Shown here: piece by piece, positions 53,439 through 63,247 of the stretch
How the letters are laid out: the number at the start of each line of letters is the position of its first letter
Numbering within the stretch: position 1 is the stretch's first letter
Source of the DNA: an uncultured archaeon
GTDB lineage: Archaea > Thermoproteota > Nitrososphaeria > Nitrososphaerales > Gagatemarchaeaceae
Reading direction: 5' to 3'
Assembly: GCA_963799775.1 (NCBI GenBank)
Contig: CAWCYD010000003.1
Location: 64,001 to 128,000, forward strand
Length of the DNA: 64,000 bases
Translations under genes and position numbers: made by a program
Notes under the pieces: generated by a model
What the model was told of the DNA's origin: nothing
Databases searched by the model: none
Seen by the model: only the letters and a program-made list of their open reading frames with translations

Positions 53439-54068
53439 CTACTTCGCGTTCGACATGATGAAGGTGTGCTCGCTCATCTCTTTCGTTACCCGCATCCCCT
53501 TCTCGATGAACTTGTCCTTCAGCTCCACGCTGTGCACCTCGGCTATGACGCTGGGGAGCTTCTCGAGGCCTATCAGCGCAGCTTCGCACCCTTCGCAGTC
53601 CATCTTGACGAAGTCGATTTCGCTCTTGAGCATCGATAGGTCGAATCCGGAAGGGATGACCTCACAATTCCATCCGTTCGTCTTGATGTTCTCTCTGAGG
53701 TAGGCGACCTCCTCCTGGCTCGGTTCGACGCACACGACCATCTTGGCGCCTTTCTCGAACATAAGCGCCGTGCTCTCTCCGCAACCGGCCCCCACATCAA
53801 GGACCGTCTTTCCCGCCACACCGCTGGAAGGCAGGTAGTAGTCGTTCCAGAGCTTCCACTCACTGACCATCAGGGCCGCCTTCCTCCTGTTGAGCTTCAG
53901 TTTGCTCCTCCCGGTACTCACCATCGCGCTGTCGCCGATGTCCTTTAGCGAGAAGCCGGAGGTGGACCAAATGACCTTGAGCATCGTCATTGGCCCGAAG
54001 CTGAAGTCAAGGATCTTGAAGACCGGAAGATGTGATTTCTTTCCAAGACCGACCCTTGGAATTATCAA
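53439..54068 (-). CDS. SAM-dependent methyltransferase (FkbM-like)
   Basis: VLDVGAGCGE, CVEP and FVKMDCEGCE; start uncertain. Confidence 0.8.
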   Translation of the reverse strand: MIIPRVGLGKKSHLPVFKILDFSFGPMTMLKVIWSTSGFSLKDIGDSAMVSTGRSKLKLNRRKAALMVSEWKLWNDYYLPSSGVAGKTVLDVGAGCGESTALMFEKGAKMVVCVEPSQEEVAYLRENIKTNGWNCEVIPSGFDLSMLKSEIDFVKMDCEGCEAALIGLEKLPSVIAEVHSVELKDKFIEKGMRVTKEMSEHTFIMSNAK

Positions 54069-54101
54069 CCCAGAGACACCGGAGAGCTCAGCGTTTCCCG
54101 G

Positions 54102-54962
54102 CTAGTAGTCACGTCGAACGGAGAAGTCCGTGAGCTCTCTCAGCAGAGAGGCTGCCTCGCTCTCGCCGAGGACGCTCAGCCTCTCCTTGGCCTTCTTCGC
54201 GTAGGAATCTGACATCGCCTGCAAGCGAGCCATGAGCGCCCTGTCGTCCCCGTCCCGCTTCAAAGCCAAAGTTATCTTGTCCTCGCTCCCCCAGTCGAGT
54301 ATGTCGTCGTGGATCTGGTATGCGATGCCCAGGAACCTCCCGTACTCTGTAAGGGCCTCGAGCTTCTCGGCGGACGCGCCTCCCACGAGGCCTCCGAGCC
54401 TGACGGCGGTCTCGAAGAGCGCCGCCGTCTTCTTTGATATCACCTCGAGGTACTCGTCCCAGTCGAGCTTGTACACCTCGGGGTCGATGGTGAGCTCCGC
54501 ATACTCTCCCTCGCACATGTTCATCGCCGCGTTGCTTATCGTCGTCGCCACCCTCCTGTCGGGATACCGCGCAGCGATTGCGAGGATCATGGCGAAGACA
54601 AAATCCGCGGTCAGGAGCGAGGTGCTGTACCCGTACCTGACGTGGAACGCCGCCCTGCCCCTTCGGGAAGCCTCTTGATCTATGATGTCATCGTGGATTA
54701 TGGACTCGGCGTGCAGCAGCTCCACAGCGACCGCGGCATCCAGCGTCTTCTCGTTCTGCCCGTCTCCCACCGCCTCGGCAGCCAGGAGCAAGACTAGGGG
54801 CCTGATACGTTTCCCTCCCTCCAGCGCGTATCGAAGTGGCCCGTGGAAGCGAGAATCCGAGTACCTGCTCAGCTCCGTCTCGATTGCCGCATCGATCTTC
54901 TGAAGATAGTCCGTAGTCTTGAGTTCGATTCTGTCCAGGAATTCTAGGTTCTTCTTGGCCAA
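54102..54962 (-). CDS. Polyprenyl diphosphate synthase (GGPP synthase family)
   Basis: GGKRIRP, IHDDIID...RRG, KKTAALF and YQIHDDILD; TTG start downstream of a TATA at about 54996-55007. Confidence 0.9.
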   Translation of the reverse strand: MAKKNLEFLDRIELKTTDYLQKIDAAIETELSRYSDSRFHGPLRYALEGGKRIRPLVLLLAAEAVGDGQNEKTLDAAVAVELLHAESIIHDDIIDQEASRRGRAAFHVRYGYSTSLLTADFVFAMILAIAARYPDRRVATTISNAAMNMCEGEYAELTIDPEVYKLDWDEYLEVISKKTAALFETAVRLGGLVGGASAEKLEALTEYGRFLGIAYQIHDDILDWGSEDKITLALKRDGDDRALMARLQAMSDSYAKKAKERLSVLGESEAASLLRELTDFSVRRDY

Positions 54963-55028
54963 AAGCGCGGAACCGGTGCGCGACAGACCCGCGCGATATA
55001 TATAATATTTTGCGAGTTCTTCTCGGCC

Positions 55029-55736
55029 TTGCTGAGGTTTCAGCTCAGTCAGCTCTGCTTGCCCTCTCAAGGGAGGTTCTTCATCCCCCTGCCGAAGCTG
55101 TCCCGGGCTCAGATCTCCCTGGTCTCGGAAGGCCTCGTCAAACGGGGATTCCACGTCAGGACCGGCAGCGGAAACGGCAGAAGGCTGGCGCTCAAGGGAG
55201 GACAGCGGATTGCGATTGACGGGCGCCTCGGGCTCGCCAGCTCAAGCCAGGACATGCTCGACGTCCTGGCTCCCATGATTCCCTCGATTCTAGCCTCCTG
55301 CAAGGGCGACGACTCGGACGTGGCAGCGAGATACTTCGCCCTCAAGACCTCCGACTCTGGATTCGAGCTGCAGCTATTCCCGCGAATGGAATCACTCGGC
55401 ATCTGGACAGGTCTCAGAAAGGAAGGGCTCTGCGGACTCACGGCAGATGAGTTCTTTGTGCTGAAGCATGTCGTCGGGAGATCGTCGAACTCTTCAAGAA
55501 TCCAATGCATTTCGGACAGGCCTAGCCGAGATTCAAGGCTCCTTCAATTCGGGAGGCACGTCTATTACGAGACCACGATGCCGCCTCGCAGCTTCCTCTC
55601 GAGCCTGCGGACCATCGACCCTGACAGCAACGGCTCGGCATATCTTCCGCGAGACTCTATCATCAGGTTGAGAGGGACCGCGGAAGATGTGCACGTGTCG
55701 GCATCCCAACTGGGCGAATGGTGCTGCGGGGACTAG
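55029..55736 (+). CDS. Hypothetical protein
   Basis: 235-aa ORF divergent from the prenyl synthase and sharing the atatatataat element. Confidence 0.55.
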   Translation: MLRFQLSQLCLPSQGRFFIPLPKLSRAQISLVSEGLVKRGFHVRTGSGNGRRLALKGGQRIAIDGRLGLASSSQDMLDVLAPMIPSILASCKGDDSDVAARYFALKTSDSGFELQLFPRMESLGIWTGLRKEGLCGLTADEFFVLKHVVGRSSNSSRIQCISDRPSRDSRLLQFGRHVYYETTMPPRSFLSSLRTIDPDSNGSAYLPRDSIIRLRGTAEDVHVSASQLGEWCCGD

Positions 55737-55738
55737 GG

Positions 55739-56188
55739 CTACTTCGAAGCGTCGATGCTCTTCCTGATCGCAGCCAGCAGCTTCGGATTTCGCTTTAGAT
55801 AATTGAGCAACCGGCTCAGCCTCTCGATGGTCGCTGGATGAAGGTCGTGCTCGGCCCCTTCCGCGTCAGTGTAGGCAATCTCCTTGTCCACACCGAGAAT
55901 GGTGAGCAGCTCTTCGATCGTCCCGTGCCGTCTGATCACCGACCTCGCCACGCTCTCGCCCTTCTCCGTCAGCCTCATCCCTCGGTAGGGTTCGTGGATC
56001 AAGTAGCCCCTCGTATTCAGCTTCTGGAGCATGTTTGAGACGCTCGGCGGTTTCACCTGGAGACGCTCGGAGATGTCGACGGTGCTCGCGAATCCCTTGT
56101 CGTGGATGAGGTGGTATATCGCCTCGAGATAGTCTTCTAGCCTCGGTGTCTCCCTCCTCAGCTCGCTGGTCCGAGACAACCTTTTCAT
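55739..56188 (-). CDS. mntR: DtxR/MntR-family metal-dependent repressor
   Basis: EDYLEAIY, LQVKPPSVSNML, LTEKG, RRH..IE and DAEGAEH. Confidence 0.9.
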   Translation of the reverse strand: MKRLSRTSELRRETPRLEDYLEAIYHLIHDKGFASTVDISERLQVKPPSVSNMLQKLNTRGYLIHEPYRGMRLTEKGESVARSVIRRHGTIEELLTILGVDKEIAYTDAEGAEHDLHPATIERLSRLLNYLKRNPKLLAAIRKSIDASK

Positions 56189-56270
56189 GCACGGGCCGTA
56201 ACCAACCGATAAAAACGCTTCTGAGTCCTTAGCCTTCGAGTGCTCTACAGGTTGTAGGAGGGACATATCA

Positions 56271-56305
56271 TATTAGACGTGCCAAACTTATGCTGGTGTC
56301 TCTAA
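56271..56305. promoter_or_regulatory. Possible DtxR/MntR operator
   Basis: Imperfect palindrome ttagac-gt-gccaaa and a second half-site tctctaa between mntR and the Nramp remnant. Confidence 0.35.
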
Positions 56306-56395
56306 GGGCAAAGGCAATGATTCTCCACAAGATGCATCCGGCACACTCGCGGAGGAACGCGGGGATCGAGTTCAATCATTCCGGCAATTTACCGG

Positions 56396-56520
56396 ATGGG
56401 TCGGCCCTGCTCTGATGGTCTCCATAGCGTACATGGACCACGTTACTACGGGACCGACATCGCCGCGGGCTACAGGTACGCACTCCTTCGGGCCGTCTGG
56501 TTCGCCTCCGCGATGGTCAT
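56396..56520 (+). pseudogene. mntH: Nramp/MntH Mn2+ transporter remnant
   Basis: Fragments GPALMVSIAYMD and YGTDIAAG..YALL.AVWFASAM in shifting frames match Nramp TM1-2; the rest is missing. Confidence 0.65.
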
Positions 56521-56638
56521 CGCAAAGAACCCCATCTCTCAGTCGGCTCCGATCCGAGGAATGCGGTCGCAGTCTAGGCCAAAGGAACGCAAGGCGGCGA
56601 AAGGGGTTAATTAGAGACGTTTCTGGGCAAGAAACGGC

Positions 56639-56749
56639 GCCCCGGTAGTATAGAGCGGCACGCGTATAGCCCGGTCAAACTGATCGTCAGTATCGAGAGT
56701 ATGCTGGCCTTTCGAGTCGGCGACGCGGGATCGAATCCCGCCCGGGGCA
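56639..56749 (+). tRNA. tRNA-Glu(TTC) with two non-canonical D-arm insertions (about 16 and 20 nt)
   Basis: Acceptor stem GCCCCGG/CCGGGGC-A, anticodon arm CTGGC-CTTTCGA-GTCGG, T-arm GCGGG-ATCGAAT-CCCGC; removing about 56654-56669 and 56679-56698 gives a 75-nt cloverleaf. Confidence 0.88.
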
Positions 56750-56821
56750 CCTTATCCTACAATGGCAAATCCCCGACTTTCTGGATACCCCGCCTTAAAT
56801 ACGAAAGAAGGCCCATACCGC

Positions 56822-58097
56822 ATGACCCCCGACCTCATCCACGACTACGAGTACAACCTCAAGAACGCGCTCTCCAGGGTGAACAACGACCCGACGCTGA
56901 GGGATGAGGACAGGAGGCTGCTGCTGGCCTTCCTGGAGCACATCAAGGCCCTGCGGGTCTCGACGGGCAGGCAGGCGAAGTACGCCAACATGCTGCGCAC
57001 CGCGTCTCACATGCTGCGCGTCCCCTGGAGGAGGGCGAAGAGGAAGGACATCGATGGACCTCATGACGAAGCTGGCCGACCACGAGATCGTCAGCAGGAG
57101 GACAGGGGCGGTGCGGCACTACTCCGCTGAGACGATGGCGGACTTCCACATGGTGGTGAAGAGGTTCCAGAAGTTTGTCAGGTACGGTGACACAGACCAG
57201 GAGACCCCCTACCCCGACGAGGTCAGATGGCTCAGGAAGAATGTGAAGGAGTCCGAGAGGCGGGCGCCGCTCTTCTTCACCGACCAGGAGGTCGAGGGCA
57301 TGATCAGGGCAGCCGACAGGCTCAGGGACAAGGCGTTCATAGCGACATACGGGGAGATGGGCGGGAGGCCGTCGGAGTTCCTCCTGCTCAGGATAGGTGA
57401 CCTGACGTTCGACGAGAACGGGGTCGTGGTCCAGATCAGGCAGGGGAAGACGGGGTGGAGGACGCTGAGGCTGATCTCATCGGCCGCCTACCTCGCCGAC
57501 CATATCTCGACCCACCCCTACAGGAGCGACCCCAACGCCCCGCTCTGGCTGACGACCTCGACCAACCACCTGAACCAGCCGATGAGCTGGCTCGCCTCCG
57601 ACAAGCTCGTCAAGGAGGCGGGGTCGAAGGCGGGCCTCAAGAAGGGAAGGTGCCACATGTACATGTTCAGGCACGGGAGCGCGACGAGGAACGCGAGGTT
57701 CCTCACCGACGCCGAGATGAGGCTGATGTTCGGGTGGTCGCCCAGCTCCAAGGTCCCAGGGAGGTACGTCCACCTCTCGGGCGGCGACCTGGACCAAAAG
57801 TACCAGCAGGTCTACGGCTCGGGGAGGCCCGTCGAGCCTCCGAAGCCGAGCTTCGCGCCTGTGATCTGCCCGAGGTGCCAGGCGAAGGCCTCCCCCGGGA
57901 TGCTCTACTGCCCCAGGTGTGCTTCGCCCCTGGACCAGGCGGAGAGGGCGAAGATCGCGGTGCGGGAGGAGAGCACCAAGAAGGAGGTTTCAGAGCTGAG
58001 GGGTCTTTTGGAAAAGTACCTCAAGACGCCGGCTTCCAAGGAGCCAAGTCCCGCAGCAGGTGATGCCACTTCGCAGCGGGGCATGGCGCCTGGCTGA
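56822..58097 (+). CDS. Tyrosine recombinase/integrase with C-terminal zinc ribbon (frameshift near 57055)
   Basis: GGRPSE (R), GKTG (K), [19 protein letters not shown] (Y) and CPRC...CPRC. Confidence 0.9.
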
Positions 58098-58108
58098 GGG
58101 GCTCTGGT

Positions 58109-58570
58109 TTGACCCGAGACTTCTACGAAGTCCTGGGGGTGCCGAGGGTGGCTTCGAGTGCCGAGATCAAAGAGGCATTCAGGAGACTCGCGTTCCAGTA
58201 CCACCCCGACAGGGATGCGGGGGAAGGCGAGAATTTCAAGGAGATAAGCGAAGCTTATGCCGTTCTGTCGGACGCCGAGAAGAGAGCCCTGTACGATGCC
58301 CTGGGCCCCGACAAGTACGATGACCCACGTGAGGTCCTATTTTACAGGCTGAACCAGGAAGCAGCCAACCGCGAGGTGGAGAGGGAGTATGAGGGGTCGA
58401 GGTCGGCGCAGAAGTACAACGATGCGGAGGGCCTAGGATTTGTCATCTTCATCCTCGTCATAATAGATTTCGTGATTCCCTCGTGGGTCTTTGGGCCCTG
58501 GTTCTACGTATTCAATACCTTCCTCATCCTCGCCATAGCCGTCGGCATTTATGATCAGTTCAAGTCTTGA
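58109..58570 (+). CDS. J-domain membrane protein
   Basis: [12 protein letters not shown] and [11 protein letters not shown], plus two C-terminal TM helices. Confidence 0.88.
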   Translation: MTRDFYEVLGVPRVASSAEIKEAFRRLAFQYHPDRDAGEGENFKEISEAYAVLSDAEKRALYDALGPDKYDDPREVLFYRLNQEAANREVEREYEGSRSAQKYNDAEGLGFVIFILVIIDFVIPSWVFGPWFYVFNTFLILAIAVGIYDQFKS

Positions 58571-58626
58571 TTTGGCGCCTGCTGTCAGTGGAGCGAATTT
58601 TCTGCAAGACCAATCACCCAAAGTAT

Positions 58627-58660
58627 CCCCGTGAAGGCGCAATGAACCCATCGGCATGGC
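58627..58660 (+). repeat. Inter-gene motif copy 1 (ccccgtgaaggcgcaatgaacccatcggcatggc)
   Basis: Shares aggcgcaatgaaccc-N4-gcatggc with 61456-61481. Confidence 0.8.
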
Positions 58661-58783
58661 AAACTGTTCTGACGGGAGACAAATCCTGCCACTTCACAAA
58701 TGATATTACTTCGCTTGAATTGAAAACACCTCGGCAAGGAGCCCGACTAGACAGTGCAACCTCAGGCCCGACGAAGGAGAACC

Positions 58784-61305
58784 ATGCTGAACTTACTGGC
58801 CTCTTTGGTCGTCACCGCCCTACTCGTGCTCTCCTTGGCGTTTTACATTCAGAACAAGTCAGCGCCGCAGCCGTCCTCGGCTCAGAGCGAAGAGACTGGA
58901 CCATCCTCATCATACCCGGCGCTCAACGTGACGGGTCTGGGAGCTAGCCAGTCCTCCTCATACACCACCCTCCGGGCGACAAATGGGAAGGGTGGTGTGC
59001 TGAACTGCACGGGGCCGGCAGAGGCCTTTGTCGACGAGGGCGCACTCTACTCCCAATTCGGATACCCTCTGCTATCCGGTTATACCACCGCCAATTACAT
59101 TGACCCTCTGCGCCCATCCTTCATCTACTTCGTCCAGTTTCCCAACGAATATGACGTGGCGCTTGGCAATCTGGAAATCCCGATGTCCACCGTGTGCCAG
59201 GGGATAGGTTATGCTGCGACCGCTCTCGGCATTAGTCCTTCGAATTACACCCTGGCCGAGGTCTCCCTCAACGACGCGGAGCTCAACACCGCGTATCCAA
59301 GTACGACCGTGAGTTGGGATTTCTATTTCGCCAGAGTCTACGATGGCTACTGGATTTACGGGACAGTCGGCAGCAGCTATTCCGCGGTGGCCAGGGTCAA
59401 CGCGGTGACAAACAACGTCTACGACGTCTCTATGGACAACTACAGCCTGTCGGGTTCGCCTCCCGTTCACAGCCCAACTGTCAATTCGAGCCAGGCTCCT
59501 CGAGATTGTCCGACACACGACGATGAACCACGTGCCCTCCGCTGTGGCGAACGGCTCGGTGACCTCCATGGATCTCAGGTTCGCGACATTTTACAACGAG
59601 CAGGGAGGAGCCTACCCGGCCATTCATTCCGTGAACGACACCACTCAGGCGGACGACTTGAGGTTGCTGTGGATAGTCGTCACGAGCGCGCCAAACTACG
59701 TGGGCTACTTCGTCGTCGACGCGGTGTCAGGCCAGGGCCCTCGAGGCCCTGGCCGAATCGACCTTGCCTTGCGGAGGCGGCCCTTGCGCAACAACGACCA
59801 TCACGCCGTCGGGCGTGACGGCCACGCCTGACTTCGACCAAGCCCACGGTCTCGCCGTCGAACCAGAATCGTTCGACGTGGATGGCAGAGTGTTCGGCCT
59901 GAACGGAACCTATCCGGTTTACGTGCCAAACGTGGTAGTGGTGGCACCAGGAACATCGGGGACGCTCGGACTGACCCTCCAAGGGATAGAGGTAAACTGC
60001 CCGCCCAGCCAGACTTCAAGCTCAGGTTCGCAAACCGTCATAACCGTGCAGAACTGTCCAACTGCATACCAGGTAAGCCCATCCACCAGCCACCTCCCCA
60101 CTGGGGTGTCCGTTTCGTTCTCGCAGCCGACCGTGAATGTCGCCGATGGAGAAACCTTGAACGAAACTATGACAATCTCGGTTTCGGCGAGCGCAGCGCA
60201 AGGGACCTACATGGTGTTTCTGGGAAACGCGCCCTACACTAGTGGCGTATTGGGAGACTACTACATACTGTCGGTGTGGGACGGCAAGGGGCAATGGCCA
60301 GTCCTTCCCTTGCTCAGCGTCCCCCTGTTCAATGGGGATAACCAGCCGATTATCGTCAACGGGACGGCCATCTTCACTTATACCATCACTCGCACGTCGG
60401 CAAGCATAGGGACGGTCGACCTGCCTGGGAGCACCCCGATTGCTGCGGCCGTGGACCAAGCCAGGAACCTGATTTTCGTTCAAGAAGGCGGTCTCAACAA
60501 TGGCGGCAGGGACGTCGGTGTCTCGGTTGTGAGCGGGTCCAACGACAGCATCCTTGCTACCATCCCGATTTACAACGCGACTCTTCAGGCTATCCCTGGC
60601 ACAATGGCCTTCAACCCCAACAACAATCAGCTCTACGTGGCCGCATACGCGGATGGTGGACATGTGTTCATACTCGACACTGTCTTGATGAAAGTCGTGG
60701 GCAGTATTCCGGTGGACGGGGCAGAGGCGATAGCCTACAATCCGATTACCAACATGATCTATGTTTGCGGAGATGGTGCGATCGGTCTCAACGCGATTGA
60801 CGCCTCGACACTCAGGGTGGTGGCTTCTCTTGGAACAGGAGGGGTCGCGATAGCTGTGAATGCTGCGACGAACATGGTCTACGAGGCTAACGACAATGGG
60901 ATGGTGAACGTGATTGACGGAAGCACAAACACGATTAGGGCGAGCGTTCACGTGGGCACACATCCCGAGGCGCTAGCGGTCAACTCCAAGACGAACACCA
61001 TATACGTTGCGAACTACGGTTCGAATTCCCTGTCGGTCATCAACGGAGCGACCAATCAGGTGATAGCCACGGTTCCCGTAGGGACGAATCCATATGGGGT
61101 CGCCGTCGACTCTGACACGAACAGGATTTATGTCAGCGACTACGGTTCTGACAGCGTGGTCGTGATAGACGGGGGGCTTAACCAGCCCCTGTATGCGGTG
61201 CCCACAGGCTCAGGTCCGATTGGACTAGCCGTCAATACGTCGACCGGCATGGTCTACGTATGCGATAAGTACATGGTCTCAGAGCTTTCCGTGCTTAGAC
61301 CTTAG
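58784..61305 (+). CDS. Exported protein with YVTN/YncE beta-propeller repeats (frameshifts near 59500 and 59740)
   Basis: AAGGAG RBS, N-terminal TM segment, repeats such as VGTHPEALAVNSKTNTIYVANYGSNSLSVI. Confidence 0.8.
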
Positions 61306-61446
61306 ACCCTCTAACTTCTTCGAATAATCAGTGCAGACAAACCAACTGTCGGTCGACATTGCGGCCCCGTTCGAAACAATGCACTCTTCTCGGGATTCTC
61401 CATCGAATTTTCATCGTTACTTGCGTTGCATTAGGGGCCTGGTCGC

Positions 61447-61481
61447 CCCCTGCGGAGGCGCAATGAACCCTTATGCATGGC
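61447..61481 (+). repeat. Inter-gene motif copy 2 (cccctgcggaggcgcaatgaacccttatgcatggc)
   Basis: Matches copies at 58627 and 62221. Confidence 0.8.
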
Positions 61482-61577
61482 GACACAATCGCCGGCAATT
61501 GAAGATAGCTGGCTCGGGCAATCCTGATAGAGCAGGGGAGCTTATAGCTGCATTTGGGAGTGTGATCGAGGGGAAGG

Positions 61578-61907
61578 TTGGAACGTCTCCCAGCTGAAAC
61601 GACCGCTCCTGACGGAACAAGAGTCGTTCTAACGCTGGACGATTGGCTTCACGTGCAGTTCAGGCACCCTGAAGTTGGAACAAATCCGGCGGTCTTGCTT
61701 GGAGCAGTCTCGGACCCGGACGAGGTGCACCCAGACGAACGAGGAGGGCTCCACGCCCTAAAGCGAGTTGACCAAGACCATTTCTTGGTGGTTATCTACC
61801 AGTCCACCAATGAAGCCGGTGGAGGCTTAATTAGGACGGCGTTTTTGATTAACGAGAGAAGGAAGAACCGGAGGTATAGCGAGACATGGCGAGCAAGACA
61901 ATCCTAG
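61578..61907 (+). CDS. Putative BECR/DUF4258-like RNase toxin
   Basis: LTLDDWLHVQFRHPEV...LVVIY...IRTAF; overlaps the downstream small gene. Confidence 0.55.
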   Translation: MERLPAETTAPDGTRVVLTLDDWLHVQFRHPEVGTNPAVLLGAVSDPDEVHPDERGGLHALKRVDQDHFLVVIYQSTNEAGGGLIRTAFLINERRKNRRYSETWRARQS

Positions 61908-62146
61908 ACCTTGACCTGAGGAAGATACTCACCCGGGTCGAGGAGAGATACAAGGTGAGGCTCCCCAGAACGGTCCTTGCCGTGGACTACGGGGAGCGGG
62001 GCGACCTCTACCTCAGATTCAAGCACGTCGAGAGGCCTGTCGGCGAGCCAAGCAAGGACGGCTTGGTCATCTTCTTCTACAAAGGCAATGATGGGCAGGT
62101 CGTCGCGATCGAAATCATGGACCAGGCCCAGCTGATGCGAAAGTAA
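61886..62146 (+). CDS. Putative DUF2283-like antitoxin
   Basis: VDYGERGDLYLRF...GQVVAIEIMD. Confidence 0.55.
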   Translation: MASKTILDLDLRKILTRVEERYKVRLPRTVLAVDYGERGDLYLRFKHVERPVGEPSKDGLVIFFYKGNDGQVVAIEIMDQAQLMRK

Positions 62147-62220
62147 AGCGCTTCGATTCCGCCAAAGCCTACTATTCCTGTCGCTCATCCAAGTGTCAAT
62201 CCCAACGTGCGAGTGAAATG

Positions 62221-62250
62221 CCCGGCGGAGGGGCAATGAACCCGCATGAC
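62221..62250 (+). repeat. Inter-gene motif copy 3 (cccggcggaggggcaatgaacccgcatgac)
   Basis: 18/19 match to copy 2 over gcggaggcgcaatgaaccc, with the 4-nt spacer absent. Confidence 0.75.
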
Positions 62251-62298
62251 AATGGATTCGACAACCTCACTTCGGAGCCCTTCATGAGTCCAAACCTG

Positions 62299-62334
62299 GG
62301 TGACTACAACGCTCGAAAATTGTAGTCACCTTTT
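62299..62334. terminator. 11-bp perfect inverted repeat followed by TTTT
   Basis: ggtgactacaa-N10-ttgtagtcacc-tttt; terminator or protein-binding site. Confidence 0.5.
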
Positions 62335-62359
62335 GAGCGCTGCCTTGAGCCGCCGGTGA

Positions 62360-62515
62360 CTACGTTGGGGCTCGCGCCTGGCGAATGTGGTTCTGATCTT
62401 CCAGCCTCGAAAGGAGGGCCATAATCCTCTCTAGGTCAGCTCTCCTGACCGTTACGAACTCTCCCTTCTCAGCCTCGTGACCTTCCTGGACCACGGGTGT
62501 ATTCTGGTTCTGCAT
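62360..62515 (-). CDS. Possible 51-aa small protein (absent from the ORF track)
   Basis: MQNQNTPVVQEGHEAEKGEFVTVRRADLERIMALLSRLEDQNHIRQARAPT*, amphipathic helix. Confidence 0.3.
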   Translation of the reverse strand: MQNQNTPVVQEGHEAEKGEFVTVRRADLERIMALLSRLEDQNHIRQARAPT

Positions 62516-62590
62516 ATTTAACGCAGGTACGGAATCAAGCTCTCCTCACTGTCTGGTGGGAATATGTGACAACCCTTGTCCCCTACCTCG

Positions 62591-63038
62591 AAGGGTGGAC
62601 ATGGTAAGGGTGGACGTGTCCATCCTTGTCCAGCTAAGGTGGACATCGGAGTTCAAGGTGGACATCACCGATGTCACCATCCGACGTCCGGGTGTCACCC
62701 ATTCTCCCTAGATGTCACCATTTTTGCCCCATTCGATGTCACCATTCCGCTCTTGGATGTCACCATTGCGGCCGCGATGTCACCCTTCTCGCGTCAGGAT
62801 GTCAAGCCTGGACGGAAAAATGTCAAGCCTGCACGTCAGGATGTCAAGCCTTTGGCTCTCAAGGTTGACATCAACGACCTTCACGCCCTCCCTAAACACC
62901 GAAGGTGGACATTTCAGGTCCCTAAGCGCGCGAAAGTGGACATGGATCTTGCAAGCACGACCCGGTTTTGGCACCGCAGATGTCCATATTCACCCTCAGA
63001 ACCACCTTCCGATGTCCACTTTCGACCAGAACGTCCAA
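62591..63038. repeat. Iteron-like array of direct and inverted ATGTC-core repeats, period about 21 bp
   Basis: (G/A)(A/G)TGTCA at 62670, 62691, 62711, 62735, 62756, 62776, 62798, 62819 and 62840; inverted GGTGGACAT-like copies at 62594, 62609, 62638, 62657, 62863, 62904 and 62935. Confidence 0.85.
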
Positions 63039-63247
63039 TTTGGCTGCCCGCGTTAAATAGTCCCGCCTACTTCACCACTGCTATTCTTAGCAAAACCAAC
63101 CCCCCCCAAAACAAAAAACAGAGGCCCGCTCCAGTAGGAACGTGCCGTCAAGGACGTCCTGAGCAGAAGCTATGAACGAAGCGCAAACCATCATTCCTGC
63201 CGAGACTCTGCCTCCGCGCGTTATATGGCAACCAACTCTCCGTCTTC

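Noticed and set aside
54963-55154. N-terminal extension of the polyprenyl synthase given in the ORF track
   Set aside because: It runs through the TATA element and overlaps the divergent gene. The TTG at 54962 is a better start.
58627-61481. The recurring motif read as a conserved peptide (GAMNPxAW) in ORFs 58567-58947 and 61331-61597
   Set aside because: Similarity is confined to the ~35-bp stretch, and copy 3 carries a 4-nt deletion, so conservation is at the DNA level.
62591-63038. CRISPR array
   Set aside because: Repeat cores are only about 9-12 bp with about 10-bp spacers in mixed orientation, and no cas genes are present.
62576-63175. ORFs 62576-63175, 62671-62868 and 62712-63056 as real repeat proteins
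   Set aside because: All three frames stay open through the DNA repeats, and the repeats occur in both orientations with spacings that are not all multiples of three. This fits a DNA-level element better.
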